Below, in pieces: positions 47,276 to 62,072 of a stretch of 64,000 nt of DNA. The DNA is taken from the NCBI RefSeq assembly GCF_009914755.1, contig NC_060932.1; one strand, given 5' to 3'. Both the position numbers and the translations under genes were made by a program. The stretch is from the human T2T-CHM13v2.0 reference genome, Homo sapiens. The notes beneath the pieces are model-generated. The model was not told where the DNA came from. It searched no databases and saw nothing but the letters and a program-made list of their open reading frames with translations. Every line of letters starts with the position of its first letter. The first letter of the stretch is position 1.

Positions 47276-47518
47276 CTTTACTTAATGCTAAGCATAAGGA
47301 GAGCTTTCCATTGTAGCTGTTGAGGGCATGAACTAGTCCCATCTTTTAGTGAGCCTTGGAGATCATTCTCCCTGTTCCTTTCTAATGCTACTTGCCTTAG
47401 CTTCAGGACTTATTTTACATGCATATACTGATCAGTATTTGGTTAAGTCTTTGAGGAAACCCTCTGATAATCTCTGGCGTTCATTCTCTTCTCTTCAGTA
47501 ACCTGCCTCATGAATTGA

Positions 47519-48059
<541 letters not shown>

Positions 48060-48066
48060 TGAAGAC

Positions 48067-48228
48067 CAGGGGAAAGTGCTAACACAGTCCCCACTACCAC
48101 AAATTATGCAGTTGAATTTCCCACATTTGGGGAAATTGCAGGGGTCAGCACATCCGGAGTGCAATGGATGAGCCTCGTGCTGGGAAAATCACCTTCATGA
48201 TCATGGTATCTCCCCTGCCAGTAAGTAT
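48067..48228 (-). pseudogene. U1 snRNA retro-pseudogene (full length, 162 nt)
   Basis: Reverse complement reads ATACTTAC-TGGCAGGGGAGATACCATGATCATGAAGGTG...ATTGCACTCCGGATGTGCTGACCCC...AATTTGTGG (Sm site)...CTTTCCCCTG, colinear with U1. Many of the changes are CpG transitions. The upstream flank is the TSD and old L1 sequence, not an snRNA promoter. Confidence 0.96.
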
Positions 48229-49508
48229 GAATTCTTAGCCTTCTTAAACCCTGACCTCTGCCTCTTCAACTCAGGGAAAACGCCCAGGTCCTACTGGTTT
48301 GATCTGTTTTATGCTGCATACTCTCCCCAGGCAGTAAGCTAGAGCAATGTTAGGGCTCTTTTACTTTGATGTCTGATTCTTGGGGATCACTGCCGTTATT
48401 TACTTGTTTTTCAATGTTGGAAAACTGTTCTTTCCTATATTTTGTGTGCTTTTTCCCTATTATTTCAATTATGTATAAATTTAGTCTGTTATTCCATCAT
48501 GACTAGGAGCATACCACCTCTGCTTTAAAAAGTGCTTTTTAACTACTGTTCATCTATTACTTATAAAGTCTCGATGATTATCCATATTTGCTTTCTATCC
48601 ATGAATTTTAACATTTAAAAACAGGTTTTTCTGATTTCTCTTTTGTGTATTTTACTTATAAAAATAATTAGTTACATCCATATAAATACTTGAAATTTAG
48701 CAGTTTTTCACTATGGTAAAAATTTGTTAAAGTTTCTGAATTTTTCAACATTGTTCCCTCTAAGCTTATAAAACCTTTTCATCTGTAAACGGGAACTTTT
48801 CTGCCTTGTTTTTACCTCTCACTTTTTTTCCACTAGCCCATCATCTTAAAACTTACTATGCTAATACTACTCTCGATACCTACAATTTCCTTTTCATATT
48901 AATGGATTTTCATTAAGTGACAGGTTGTATTATCCCTGATTGTGTAAAGGAGTATTTTCTTGTCAAATTTTAGTTTTAGACTGAGAAGGTGGGAAGCTGA
49001 GAGGGTTTTGGCACAGGTTATACCTTATATTAATAATAAAATTTCAAAATTAAAATACAAGTGGCAACCGTTAGAAATCTAAGAGACAAGACGACGAGTC
49101 AGGCTGGTATTATAATGTGGGCTTCCAAACAGGGATGAGAGCAATTACAATGTCTGGGCAGTTAAACAGCAAGACATTCTTAGCTGGATGACAGAACAAA
49201 ATTGTGGTTGGGGCTCTTGGTTTTAGTCTGATTCCATCTGTACTAGATCAAGTAGGACTCAGATATTTGTGAATGTGGATCATACCTTTCTGTTGTTCAC
49301 ACTTGTGATGTTCTGGGCCCTCCTTTTTGCACATCTTTTGTTATTTAGCTGAGATATGACATGAGAGGGAAAGGAACAGGATGCGTCTTCCCATCAGGAG
49401 GAAAATAGAATCAGCTATTCTGAGCATTTTAAATCTTTTGGGGTTACATGAGGCATTTCAGCTGCTACATCAACTAAACACTTCAGTCAGTCAACGTTTA
49501 CCAAGTAT

Positions 49509-49823
49509 ATTGACCCTCCATATCCACAAGTTTTGCATCTGAGGATTCAAACAACTGACGATCAAAAATACAGAAAAAGTAAATAAATACATATACCATG
49601 ATAAAAATAATACGATTGAAAACAAAGCATAACAATGATTTGCATAACATCTACGTTGTTTTAAGTATTATAGGTAGTCTATTGATGATTTAAAGTATAG
49701 AGGAGGATGTTTGTAGGTTATATGTAAATACTACATTTTATGGAAGACGCTTGAGCATCCACAGATTCTTCTGTCTGCGGGGATCCTGGACGCAATCCTC
49801 CATGGATACAAAGGGAAAACTGT
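49509..49823. mobile_element. MER2 (TcMar-Tigger)
   Basis: ttgaccctccatatcc...gatgatttaaagtata...catggatacaaagggaaaactgta. Confidence 0.85.
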
Positions 49824-52800
49824 ACCTGTTATTTGCTAAATACTGAGAAGTATAATGGTTATTACACGTCTTCTAACTTTATAAATGTTAGTTTCTGGTT
49901 AGGAAGATTGATGTATAAGTAGGTAACTTTACTTATTATTTCTAGTATTAGGGGTATACGTGAGATGCTCAGGAGCCCCCTTGAAAAATTAGCAAGCCTT
50001 GTCGTGACTTCTTTAGTAAATGCATTATCTTTGATGCTGGGAATCTTTATCACACATTGTGTTAATATACTTATCTGTAATTTACTCATAGAAAAGGACG
50101 TGATGCTATTTTGTTCTTAAGTAACCAATTTTCTTCTTATTTTTGACATTATAGATTAAATCACTATATTACTTTTCCTTGACTCTAAATATATTTTAGA
50201 AGTAGCACCTTTTAAATATAATTTTAATATTCTACTTTTCAAGTTGCTGAGAAAAAGTATTTCCAATTAGGCTTAGCCCTGAATAACTGATTGTCATTAT
50301 TAGCAATCTTGCAGTATGAGAGAGATTTTTTTCTTATTTAATTCCTAGTCATCTAAAGGAGACAGATGTTGATTTAGCAGGCAAATAACACCAAATAATT
50401 TCAGGACTGGTGTCAGGCAGTTTTTTCTGTTGTCAGCTTACGAACTGGTGTGATCCTTCCTCTACTCCCAACTTCTTTTTCTCTTTTTGGGCACATTAGA
50501 TTGGGTTAATCTGCCTCCTTCTGAGGCACAGAAAGGAAAAAGCCAACTGCATCCAGTTGACAGAATTCATGTGAAGGCATTAGGATATTTGAACAGAGTT
50601 TCTAACAGGGAAAAATCTCAAGACATTTATGTTTGCAAGTATCTTTGGAAGCCCGGTACCACAGAAATTTGAGGGTAAAAGGATATGTCCAGGTTTCTTC
50701 CAGACTGGTAGTTTTAGAGTGCACATCTGAATTAAAAAATCTTGATAAATAATTACTTTGAGGGAATGAGTATGTTCTACAAAAGAATGCTTGAATTGCC
50801 GTGGGGAATCAGATTATCTTTCATCCTAGTATTTGTTTTTTAATGACCTTTGTAAAACGTATCTGGTGGGTGTCACTCCTCACACGAGGCTTAGCTGGGA
50901 TACATACTGGGGAGTGTACGATCAGACAAATGAGAGAAGAAATGGACTCAACTGTGCTGCCGGCACCACATGGGCAACCACAAATTTCAGTGCTAAGAAG
51001 TCAGGCACACTCTGTGTAGTGTCAGCTGGCATCCATATTTGGGAAGGCTGCCTCCAGCAGGTTAGAATTAGCATTGAGGTGCAGGGAACAGGGGCATCTG
51101 AAGTCCAATGGCAGCAACTGAAGGTATCGGGAGCAAGACTAGCTCTTCAGGAGGATTTCAAGAATGCAGGACTGTATAAGCTGGAGTCAGGGAATGAAAA
51201 GCATAGTATCCAACATGGGATCAGTGGACTGGGAACTTGGGCTCGGGGGAGGCTATTTATGTATAATAGGGAGGTTGGGGGAGGGAAGAATGTACAAACA
51301 GGAACAGAGCTCCCTTAGACATATTAGATACCATTTGATGAGAAAGAGGCTACTTTCAGTTGCTGCTGCTGATGTACTGTCCTTCTAGTTTAATTTGGGC
51401 TTGGAGACTAACCAGGGGTGGGCCTGCAAAGGTGAAGGTAAAGCAGCCCAAAGTTGACTCTAGGTCTTATTCTAGCATCTGATTTCCCTCCTAATCGTTA
51501 TCCTCACTCCTTTTACATTTTCTGTTTCTTGCTTGGATTACATTTTGCTGGTAACAATTTGCTGTGAAAAGTATAAACTCTTCCCACTCGGAGTGTTTCT
51601 CCACATATCTCTTCTCAAGACCTGCTTAGAGCTAATTTTCCAATCTTGTTTCTTCCAAGTCCCTGAGGTCCAGCTAAACCATTGTTCACTGTGCTTGAGT
51701 CACATACTTCTGGCCATCTCTGTGACTTCGAGATGTGCTTAAGTTTTTTCTTTTATACCACTCTATTTGCTTACCGAATGCTAACTTTTTGGCTTTGTAG
51801 GTCAAACAACCCCAATATATGATGGGCAACTCAAGTCACATGGTGATTTAAAAGACTACGGCTAAGCATTCCTTCTCAACCAGGGCCCAGTAGTAAGCCA
51901 GAATCTGTTTCTCCAAAAAAAAAAAAAAAAAGAAAAAAGAAAGTATCAGTAAAGAATGGTATAGTTTTGCGTCAATATCCTAAAAATCTGTGGTGTGATT
52001 CACCTAGAGATTCTTGCCAAATGCCTATCTGCTTCAGACATATCAAGCACTATCAGATCTGCTGGGTCACACAGCCTGATTGACAGAACAGCTTGCTTGA
52101 CAGCTGGACAGGTGCAGAGCCTTTTCTTATTCTGCTCCCCACTCAGTATGCTGACAAATAAAAAAAAAATCTGGGCTTGGGCTTGTGGCCAAAACTGATC
52201 TTTTAAAATTCAGTAGGTTATGAAATACCTCATGAAGCCTTTAGAAAAATAGCTAATAGTTTTTCGTTGCCAATGAAATAAATTGTTTTTTTCCCTGAGA
52301 ACTTGGAGAGTTATGTTTTTATTATTTTCTATGTTTTTTGAGTTTGCTACCAACTAAAATCCTTGGAGCATTTTTTAAGATGTCATTAGGCCTGTATAGT
52401 AATCCTAACCAAGGGCAAGTGGTTAATCCTTTAAGTTTGTTGAATTATTGCATAAGCAAAGAATCAGCCAATAAATACTTATAAGACAAATGTTCATATT
52501 GCACAAATAGGAGATATGGATTCAATGTATACAGAACACTGATACCCTTAGTATCAGTCTATATATCAACATTGATACCCTTAGATACCTAAAGAAATTA
52601 TTCAGTTTTTGAAAATTTATAATTTGTGTTCTGTTATACATAATGGATGTGAAAGATCATGTTTATATATTTTAAATTTTATTTTCTAGTTTTAGATTTA
52701 CAAAAAAAGTGCCAAGATAGTACAGTTTCCATACACCCCACATATAGTTTCTTCTCTTATTAGTATCTGTCAGTACTATGGTACATTTGTCACAACTAGT

Positions 52801-54485
52801 GAACAAATATAGATGCATTATTCCTAACTAATGTTCATATTTTTAAAGATTTACTTAGGTTTTTTAAACCTATTGTTGCTTTTTTGTTACAAAATCCCAT
52901 CCGGAATACCACATTACATTTAGTCGTCTTGTCTCCTTTGTCTCTCTTGGCTGTGACAGTTTCTTTGTTTCTGATAACCTTGAAAGTTTTGAGACATCCT
53001 GCTCACATATTTGGTAAAATGTCCATCAATTGGAATTTGTCTGATATCTTTCTCATAATTAGATTGGGATTCTGTGTTCTTGGGAGGAATACCAGAGAGG
53101 TAAAATGCCATTTTCATCATATCAAGTTCAAGGATATATACCATCAATAAGAATTTTCACTGTCATATTAACCTTGATTACTGGGCTGAGACAGTAATTG
53201 TCAGATTTCTCTACTCTAACATTGTTCCTTCCCCGATTTGCTCTACTCTACTCCTGGGGAGGAAGTCTCCCTGCAGAGCCCATAGGTAAGGCATGGAGAG
53301 TTATCTTCCCACTTGAGGGTGGAGGATCTACATAAATTATTTGGAATTCTTCTGCATGGGAGATGTGTCTCTTCTCCTTCCATTTATTTAAAATGAATTC
53401 ATAATTCAATCATATATTTAAATGAGTGTGTATTCATGAATATTTATACTTTGGGTTATAATCTAATACCATATTTTGTTCAAATTGTCTCAGATTTGGC
53501 CATTGTTGGCCTTTGTGTTCTTATGATATACCATAATCATTATGGGTTCTTTTGAGCACTTCCTTACTTTCTATCACTGCAAGATGCACTGGTCTCATCT
53601 TGTATATTTCCTGCCTCAGTCCTAGATTCAACCCTTTTTCCAAGGAGTCTTGGTAATAGAGAATGGTATTTTTGTTGGAGTATGGTATTGGAAACCAAGA
53701 TCTGGATTCTAGGTGTACTCATTACTATTTGGGTGTCATTGCTTTTAGGTCTTCTTGGCTGACAAAGCATGAACATACATGTGTGTGTACTATCCTGTCT
53801 ATATATATATTTATCAATATTACTGTATGCAATTATTTGCATTTATATTAAGCTAAACATGAGCTTATACTAATGTCTCTATACCTTGCTTATCTGTAAA
53901 TACCCATTCCAAAATATGAGAAACCTGACTTCTACCTTCTATCATAAATTCACTTAATTGTTCCAATGGTTTGGAATTGTTAACCCATATTTTCATGGGA
54001 AATAACTTTATCAACCAGAGTGCAGTGCTTCTGCACACTTTCCCTTTCTTTACTCTTACTCAGGTCAGCACTTTCCCCCGAGATTATTTTATACATTCGT
54101 AGTACAATTGATTCTCTTGTGACTGTCTGCTTCCATCATAGGATTCCTCAACACCCTAAATGATTTAAAAATTTTTACAGACATTAAGGTTCAATCTCTG
54201 TGCCATAAAGTTCAATGTGTTTTGACAAATGCATAGTGTCCTCTATCCAGCATGAAAGTATTACACAGAATGTTTTACTACCATGAAAAAAATACTGCCT
54301 GTGCTTCACTGATTCAACTTTGTTCACCCATAATCTACCGGCAAACACTGATCAGTTTACTGTCTCTATTGTTTTGCCTTCCACAGAATGTCATATAAAT
54401 GGAATCATACAGAATTTCAGACTGAGTTCTTTTACTCAGCAATATGCATTTAAGGTTCATTCATGATTTTGCATGGCTTTTATAG

Positions 54486-54705
54486 TGTAATAACCGTATT
54501 TTCTAGCTTCTATATTTGATACTTTGATATCTTGAGGTCCGGGAGACCCTGGAGGGATCTGCTAGGTCAAGCTAATTCCTAGACATAGCAGATCAATCTT
54601 TACCTTTCCTATGGAAACTAACCAATCTAGACCCTATGCTCCACAACCTCCCTCTTTATCCTCTCACATTACAAGGTACAATCTCCTCTAATCATTCTAG
54701 GGCAA
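54486..54705 (+). mobile_element. ERV1 LTR fragment (MER39/MER34-like)
   Basis: accctggaggga...gctaattcctaga...aactaaccaatc. Confidence 0.55.
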
Positions 54706-55289
54706 AGTAATTTAGGTCTGTGATCCACTTGGGTTAATATTTGTGAAAGGTAAAAGGTGTTTGTCTATGTTCTTTTCTTTCCCCCACTTTTTTGTATATG
54801 AATGTCCAATTGTTAAAGCCACCTTTGTTGAAAGGACATTTTTTTCTTTACTGAATTGCCTTTGCACTTTTGTCAAAGATTATTTAGCTAAATTTGTCTA
54901 GATCTATTTCTGCACTCTCTGTTATGTTTCACTAATCTATGTGTCTATTTTCCTCAATGATACCACACTGTATCTGTATTGTAACTTTATACTAATGTTT
55001 GAAATTTAATAATATGTGTCATCCAGCTTTATTTTTCTCCTTTAGGATTGTGTTGGATATTCCTTGCGTTTTAATTTTTCATGTAAAGTTTAAAATTAGT
55101 TTGTCAATATCCAAACATAATTTGCTAGAATTTTGGTTGGGATTGTGTTGACTCTATAAATCAAGTTGAGACAAATTGCCATCCTCATGCTACTAAGTCT
55201 ATTAATCAATGAACATGGAATATCTCTCCATTTATTTATGTCTTCTTGGATAGTCTATTTTTTCTTCTTATTCTTCCTGCCTTTCTCCC

Positions 55290-55860
55290 TCCCAGGAGAA
55301 ATTCTTGGCCTTCTGAAACTTCACCGAAAAGTCAACTCTGAAAAGGCAGATTAATAGAAGAAAAGACATGCAAATTTATTTAACATGTATACACAAGAGG
55401 CTTCAGAATAAAGACCTAAGCCCCCAACGAGGTACAGAAGCTTATAGACCATCTTGAGGTTAAAATAATGTGGGCTCAGAGCATGGCCAAAAACATGTTA
55501 TGGTGGTAAGTCAGATTTGAGGGGCAAGACAGGTTATGGGAGAGATAAAGGGAGAAGCTATGCTAGCAAAGGTGGCCTTGTTACATAGACGAAGTCTCAT
55601 AGGCCATAGCCCTCAGAGAGAATAGAGGATAACTATTTCCTTTCAAAGTTTGAAAGATGTCAGGCTCAATCTCTGCTAGAGCCGGGAAAGGCCGAGAAAG
55701 GAAAGACCTGGCTGCATTAATGGAGATTCTCCACAGATGCAAATTTTTTCCACAAGAGAGAGTTTTGCAAGGTCCCTTCTGTCTTCTGACCCCCACTGGC
55801 AGCCATTTCAAAATGTGTCAAAGATAGATATTTTGAGGTAAAGTATTTTTATTTCCTTCA
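55290..55860 (-). mobile_element. ERV1 LTR, MER4 group (MER4D/E-like)
   Basis: aaggcagattaatag...ggagattctccacagatgcaaattt...gccatttcaaaatgtgtcaaag...tttccttca. Confidence 0.75.
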
Positions 55861-56293
55861 AAATCATTCTTCATTTAGGTTAGAGTTTTTTATATCTAGT
55901 ATTCCCTTTGATTCTTTCTTAGTTTCTCTCTGCTTACCTTTCCTATTTCTTCTTGCATGTTGTGTATTTTTTTATTACAGTTCTTAACATATTATAGCTA
56001 TTTTAAATTCCCTGTCTTTTTCAAAGTCTGTCATATCTAAATTTGGTTCTGATGGTTGCCTTGTCTCTTCAGACTGTTTTTTCTTCATATTTATCGTGTT
56101 TTCTAGACAATGTATCAAGTAATAGAAACTGAGTTAAAGAAACCTCTAATGTGACTTTTTATGTTATATGGGTAGGAATTAGGTTGTGTTTAATGTTTGG
56201 TGTAGTTGTAGGTGCCAGAGTCTTCACATTCCTATAGTATCGTTGTTTTTGCTTTTGTCTTGTTTATTCCCTTTGGGATTCTCCCAAAACTCC

Positions 56294-56608
56294 TTTTTTT
56301 TGGGCGGGGGTGGGGAGGTTGTTTTTGAGACAGGGTCTCACTCTGTCACTCGGGCTGAAGGGCAGTGGCATGAGCAGAGCTCACTGCAGTCTCAACTTCC
56401 TGGGCTTACACAATCCTCCTTCCTCAGTCTCCCATGTAGCTGAGACCACAGGTGCTCACCACCATGCCTGGCTAACTTTCTGATTTTTTGTGGAGACAGA
56501 GTCTCACTTTGTGGCCCAGGCTGATCTCAATCTCTTAGGCTCAAGCAGTCCTCCCACCTCAGCTGCCCAAACTGCTAGGACTACAGGCATGAACCAGTGC
56601 ACCCAGCC
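56294..56608 (-). mobile_element. AluJ
   Basis: Diverged antisense Alu (gagacagggtctcactctgtc, ggctcaagcagtcctcccacctcagc). TSD aaaactcc. Confidence 0.9.
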
Positions 56609-58969
56609 AAAACTCCATGTTTGATAGAGTCTATATCTTGATATTCTTTGAGCTGTAGTTCACTGCTACTATACTGGAGACCTAATGGTGTTGCTTAAAG
56701 TCTGAGGGAGAGGAAGTATTCTATAATCTTATGATAAAATCTCAGTGTTGTAGTGGGCCTACCTCCTCAAGCTGTGTGCTTCACAAATGTTTCTTAGCTT
56801 CCCCCTCTTTAGATTGAACATGAAAGCTAGAGGGGGCTTGAGTCAGAGAAATGACTTTTTCCATGTGAGATGACTCTCTGGTAAAGTCTTTACTTTGGAG
56901 AGTGGGCTTTGTTATGGATAAGGCTCTGTGTATTTCACAATGTCTTTTCTTGTCGGATCCCCTGCCATAGCCATCTTTCTTGAATTTTCACATTGAGAAC
57001 CTTATATTATTCATGGCAATAAAGCCCAGAAAAGTGTGACACCCCTATCAGACTGTTAACCCCAGGAGTTTCTCTCTTTGATGCTAATCTGCATTTAGCC
57101 TCCAGGAATTCATCAAAGTTGCCATTTAAGTGTTCTTCCCAGTTTTTGACTCCAGAAGGCTTCTGCTCACAGTAAACAGATACCAGCTGTAATTGTTGGG
57201 AATTGCCTGCGTGTCCAGATTTTGCAGTGGTAGTTTCGCATGAAACCTGTCTTCAGCATCCATTTCATGTTTTATTTGTTTGTAACATAGGAGGGTTGAG
57301 TTCCAGACTCTTTACATGTCGTAGGTGAAACTGAGAGAATTGCTATCTTAATACTATTGAGACTACCAATCCATGAATATAGTACATCTCTACATCATTC
57401 ACGTTCTTATCCTTTTCGATGTAACAGAGTAATGCTGAGAAAACATGTTTTTGTTTCCTAAGAAATATATTAATTATCCCAAGGAATTAAAATCAACTAT
57501 AGTATTTTTTTTTACTTGATGCTTTACATGGTTTTATGACTTTAATAAAAAATTGCTGCTTTCCTCCCCAAATGGTACGCTCAAGCATTGTTTTTCTCTG
57601 AACTGATGTGCTTGTATCCAAAATGTTTTCCCAGTTGCTAAAAATCTTTATCCTTAAATTGATTTATATCTCTAACTTGAGTTATAGCTCTAGGAAGTGC
57701 CTACTAATTTGGGGAATGTAAGTAAAGTGCCTCTCCTATAAAGTTTATTTTTTAATCCTATAAAAGTTAATTTTGCCATAGGAATAAAGAAGAAATAAGC
57801 CAGAGGAACTGAAATATAAAAGCTGATCAAAGTTATTATAGGAACACTTGAAAACTTTTCTCTATGTGACAAAGCATACATCTGTGTCTTTATTAAATGA
57901 AATTACTGCCCAGCAGATCGTAAAATTACATGATATAATTTCCCTGTACCAGAGAACTTCCTATGACTCACACACATGAACTACCTTGTGTTTAACTAGC
58001 ACTTATTTTTTCTAATACAAACCTAGAGCCAAATTAGTTATTAAGCTTCCAGGAAAATGAACAAGATTGTCTTTGCTTTTATTCTCTCTCTTTAAAACCG
58101 CAAATTTACTTAATGTTATTTCTTTTTTCTGTTCAAATAAGAACTCCTTGCCAATTTTGATAAAAATCCAAAGCAATTGGCAGGCATTGATATTTCTTCC
58201 CTCCTCTGCTTGTCTTATGTAAAATGACCCACCAATATGTCTCCAAGTAATTTACCTCCCCATCTCTGGAAGCACCATTAATGATAGCAGTCCTTTAAGA
58301 AATTTCAAGAGTTTCACCTGCTTTTCAGGTAGCTTAGCAGCAGTCAACCTGGACAATATTCAGCAATCTTCTTGTTACAATAATTCTATCCACCTTTTTG
58401 TGTAGAGGATCAGATTTTTATATCTTTAAGAGGACAACAATGATGACCATGATTTATTAAGCAACTCTACTCTTTTAGAAATTTTGCATGTGTACTTCTT
58501 ATTTAAGTTTCACTGTAATTTTATGAGTTAAGGGCTGCTGCAGGCACAACTGGATATGGCCAGACATGTTTTAACCAATATAATCCAATTTCAAAGATGA
58601 GTAAACTGTCTAGAGACTATTTTACCCAAGATCATTTAGTTAATAGTCAGCAGAACTGACATCTAAACCGAGGCGTCATGCCCTGCCAGGTTATCTCTGA
58701 ACCCTTCACTTTGCAGGAGGCTGGCAGCTTTCCGTGGGCAGTAAGTGTTTCAATTGGGCTAAAGATTTAATACCAAGAGTCCCTAGAAGAGCAATATAAG
58801 TGCAATTTGTTGATGCAATATTGCAAAAGAAAAGTAGGTTAAAACCATCTACCTGTGAATCAAAAGAAACACAATTCATGATCAAAACCAAGACAAGTTC
58901 CCTATGATCAAACTTATGACTTAAGATTTCTTGGTTGAAGAGAAATATGAGCACAACTTTCTTGGACTG

Positions 58970-59092
58970 TGGATTTTTTTCCCCTTTCCCCACCTTCCTC
59001 TCCTTTTTTTTCTCCTTTTGCTTTCTTTCTTCCTCTCTGCCTCCTTTTTTTTCCCTTCTCTATGTTTCTTTCTTTTTACTTCTTTCGTCTGC
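58970..59092. repeat. CT-rich low-complexity polypyrimidine tract
   Basis: About 120 bp composed almost entirely of C and T. Confidence 0.8.
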
Positions 59093-59177
59093 TTTTGGCC
59101 TTTTACTGGGAAATTACAAGAAGAGACTGCATTTGGCTATGTGGGCTGACAGAGTCTAATGTGCTAAGTTTGAGGAC

Positions 59178-59485
59178 CAGAGCATGGGTCAGGCCACATA
59201 CTACCCACTGCTTTTATTTGTATGATTCCATGAGCTAAGAATGGCTTTTACATTTTTAAATAGTTAAAAAAGAATTATATTTTGTGACACATAAAATTAT
59301 ATGAAATTTAAATTCAGAGTTCATAAAGTTTATTGGAACACAGCCATGCTCATTCATTTACACATTGTGTCTGAGTTCTGTTCGGCTACAATGGCAAAAC
59401 AGAACAGTTGCACCAAAGACCACATGGACTCTATAGCCTAAATTATTTACTCTCTGGCCATTTATAGAAAAGTTTGGTGACCCAT
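59178..59485 (-). mobile_element. MER58B-like (hAT-Charlie)
   Basis: gagctaagaatgg...ttattggaacacagccatgctcattcattta...agaaaagtttg. Confidence 0.8.
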
Positions 59486-61756
59486 GTTTTAAAAGGTTAA
59501 TTCTAGCCTCCAGATCTTAGAATTTAACAAATGCTTGGAACTGAACCAGTAGGCCTCCCTATTTTGGAACGAGGAATTTTTGTTTGTTAAAATGCAGATC
59601 TTTCTAGAAGACAATTATGCCTATTAATCACTAGAAATGGGTTAGACTTTGTTGATTAGATCCTTACATGGCATGTAATAAACAGCCAGGACTAATAGAT
59701 GAAAGATGTTGGAGAACACATGCTTTTCTCTAGGCCATGCTAACAAGATGGGGTAGACAGGCACTGGAGTGGGGTGAAAAAATACAAAACACAGACATTT
59801 AAGGCAGACTTAGGATGTGTCTAACTCACCATAGCATCTTAGTATACATTTTTTATTTTAATCTTCATAATCCTACCATGTAGATATAAAAACATTAATT
59901 TTTATTAAGGAAGAAATGGAGCATCAGAAAGATTCTCCAGGATATCAAGATAGTAGGACGACAATAGTTTTGAAACAGGATTCAACCCAGGTCTAACCAA
60001 TTCCTCTGTTACCATGATCACAGGTAAAATTTTCCTTTCCTGTTAACACAGTTTTGCCCAGGACTGACTCTATTTACATAATTGTGATACTGGTGTAGTT
60101 TCTATGCTAACAAATTGCTACTTGCGATAATGAACTTCCTACCAGTTGGTTGGGTTTTGATTTTTGCAGAAGGGAGAAGGGAGTTGACCCAACCCAGACA
60201 GCTTTGGTGTAGTACATAGTTCTCTGCGGGTGGGGATGAGAGATAATGACTTAAAAAAATCATACTTTGTCCCAGCCTTTCATCCCGTCTTTCTCAGTTT
60301 ACCAGGTTGAATCTTACAGAATTCTCATTCAAAGATAGAAACGACTTGAAATTCAAAAACAATTTCAGAAGATGCAACCTAACATATTTATGTGCTATCA
60401 AAGAAAGTTAACATTAAGGCTTGACAACTTTCCAGAAGGTTTTGTGGAATTGAAAAAGGCTGAGTAATTCTCTTAGCATGTTGTTGAGGGAGTTACAAAT
60501 CCGAACTGATGTTTCTTACTACCAGTATGCATAAATGTTCTCTTTACTGCTTTGTATTTTTTCCCTAAGCCACAGGTTTCTGCAACATCTGTCATGTATA
60601 CCTATCCTCCAAAAACCCAATGGACCAGAATAATTGCTTTTATTTGGCTATGATGTCCTATTATGATGGAAGTCATATGATCTAATGTGAATCCATGTCT
60701 ATAGCTATTTCCTACATTAAGGATGGGACATGTCTACCTTCACTGGACTTAATTTCCCACAATTTCCTGCCCAAAATGCCATGGATCTCCTATTGATTTC
60801 TTCTCTATGTTTAGAAGCAATTAGCAATTGAAGTAAATTATAAGGTGTTTCATAAGCTTCCTTTAAAAATAGTTCTTCCCTTTGTTCGTGTTATTCCTTA
60901 TGACATCCTTTTCCCTTCTTCCCCACTCTGTGTGGGGTCATTTGTCATTGCGGGTTTTCTCATACCCGAATTTTTTTTTCTTTTTTAGCTATTCATTAAT
61001 TTTGGGCTGCTGCTACTGGTTTAAATTGTGGTTTTACTTTTTTCCTGGTTAAAATAAAACAACATGCAAGGGAAGTTATCCATACAGATGAGTTAATGTT
61101 TACAGATTTTTTGTGGAGATAGAAAATGCTTTGCTTGCCAGACAGGGGAGAGAGCTGGAGGCTGTGTGGACAATGTGGATCTTGAGAGAAGAAAAGAGAA
61201 TTTCTAAATTCTTCCTTGGTATGGGCTTTCGGGAGAATCACTGTGGTTCAGCTTACACAAAACCAATCTCTGAGGTTTTGCTGCTCACAGCCTAGATGTG
61301 TGGGTGAGGAGAACCTGATGTCTCAGCCAAATAAGAGAAGTGAGCAGCCGTCAAGATTAAATCAACCTATTTGTGATTTTAACTTTGCTGATTGGACTCA
61401 AGTCACAGTTGCTTTTTCTGTGCTCAAGGTTAAACAGCAACTACAGGTACTTACTTAAAATTCACAAATAAGATCTTTAGTAATTTTACCTAAAATGTAC
61501 AATTTAACTGAAAAGAAATTGTATAACCTCTTCTGATTCTTTGTTTTCCTAGAACTACTGTTTAAAACATAAAAGGCTTTCAAGATACATATTTTTGCAC
61601 TTTATATTAAGAAAATGTACTAACAGGACAATGCCTTAGTAGGGTGTGAAACTCTTAGTAAATCTCAGTATTTCCTTTTTTTTCTCTTTTTTTTCCACCT
61701 CAAGTATTAAAGCCATGAAATATTAGATAGAAAATAGGTCACAGAACATGGGATCT

Positions 61757-62072
61757 GGCCGGGCGTAGAGGTTCACTCCTGTAATCCTAGCACTTTGGGA
61801 GGTAGAGGTGCACGGAATGCCTGAGCTCAGGAGTTTGAGACCACCCAGGACAACATGGTGAAACCCAGTCTCTACTAAAATACAAAAACTGAGCCAGGCA
61901 TGGTGGTGGGTGCCTGTAGTCCCAGCTACTCAACTGGCTGAGGCAAGAGAATTGCTTGAACCCAGGAAGTGGAGGTTGCAGTGAGCTGAGATCACACCAC
62001 TGCACTCCAGCCTGGGCAATAGAGAGAGACCCTGTCTCAAAAAACCAAAAACCAAAAACAAACAACAACAAC
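61757..62072 (+). mobile_element. Alu (S/J)
   Basis: Alu dimer with a (CAA)n tail. TSD aacatgggatct at 61745 and 62073. Confidence 0.95.

Larger units (their letters stand above)
52670..57400 (-). mobile_element. Mosaic of old L1MC/MD-like antisense fragments with nested LTRs and AluJ
   Basis: Degenerate L1M 3'UTR and ORF2 motifs. Confidence 0.6.

Noticed and set aside
48067-48228. Functional U1 or variant U1 gene
   Set aside because: The 5' end abuts a TSD in old L1 DNA with no recognisable snRNA promoter, CpGs have decayed, and the 5' splice-site-pairing arm has a deletion.
58254-58350. Possible minus-strand exon (LTAAKLPEKQVKLLKFLKGLL...) with AG/GT ends
   Set aside because: It is short, has a weak polypyrimidine tract and matches no protein I recognise, so it is consistent with chance.
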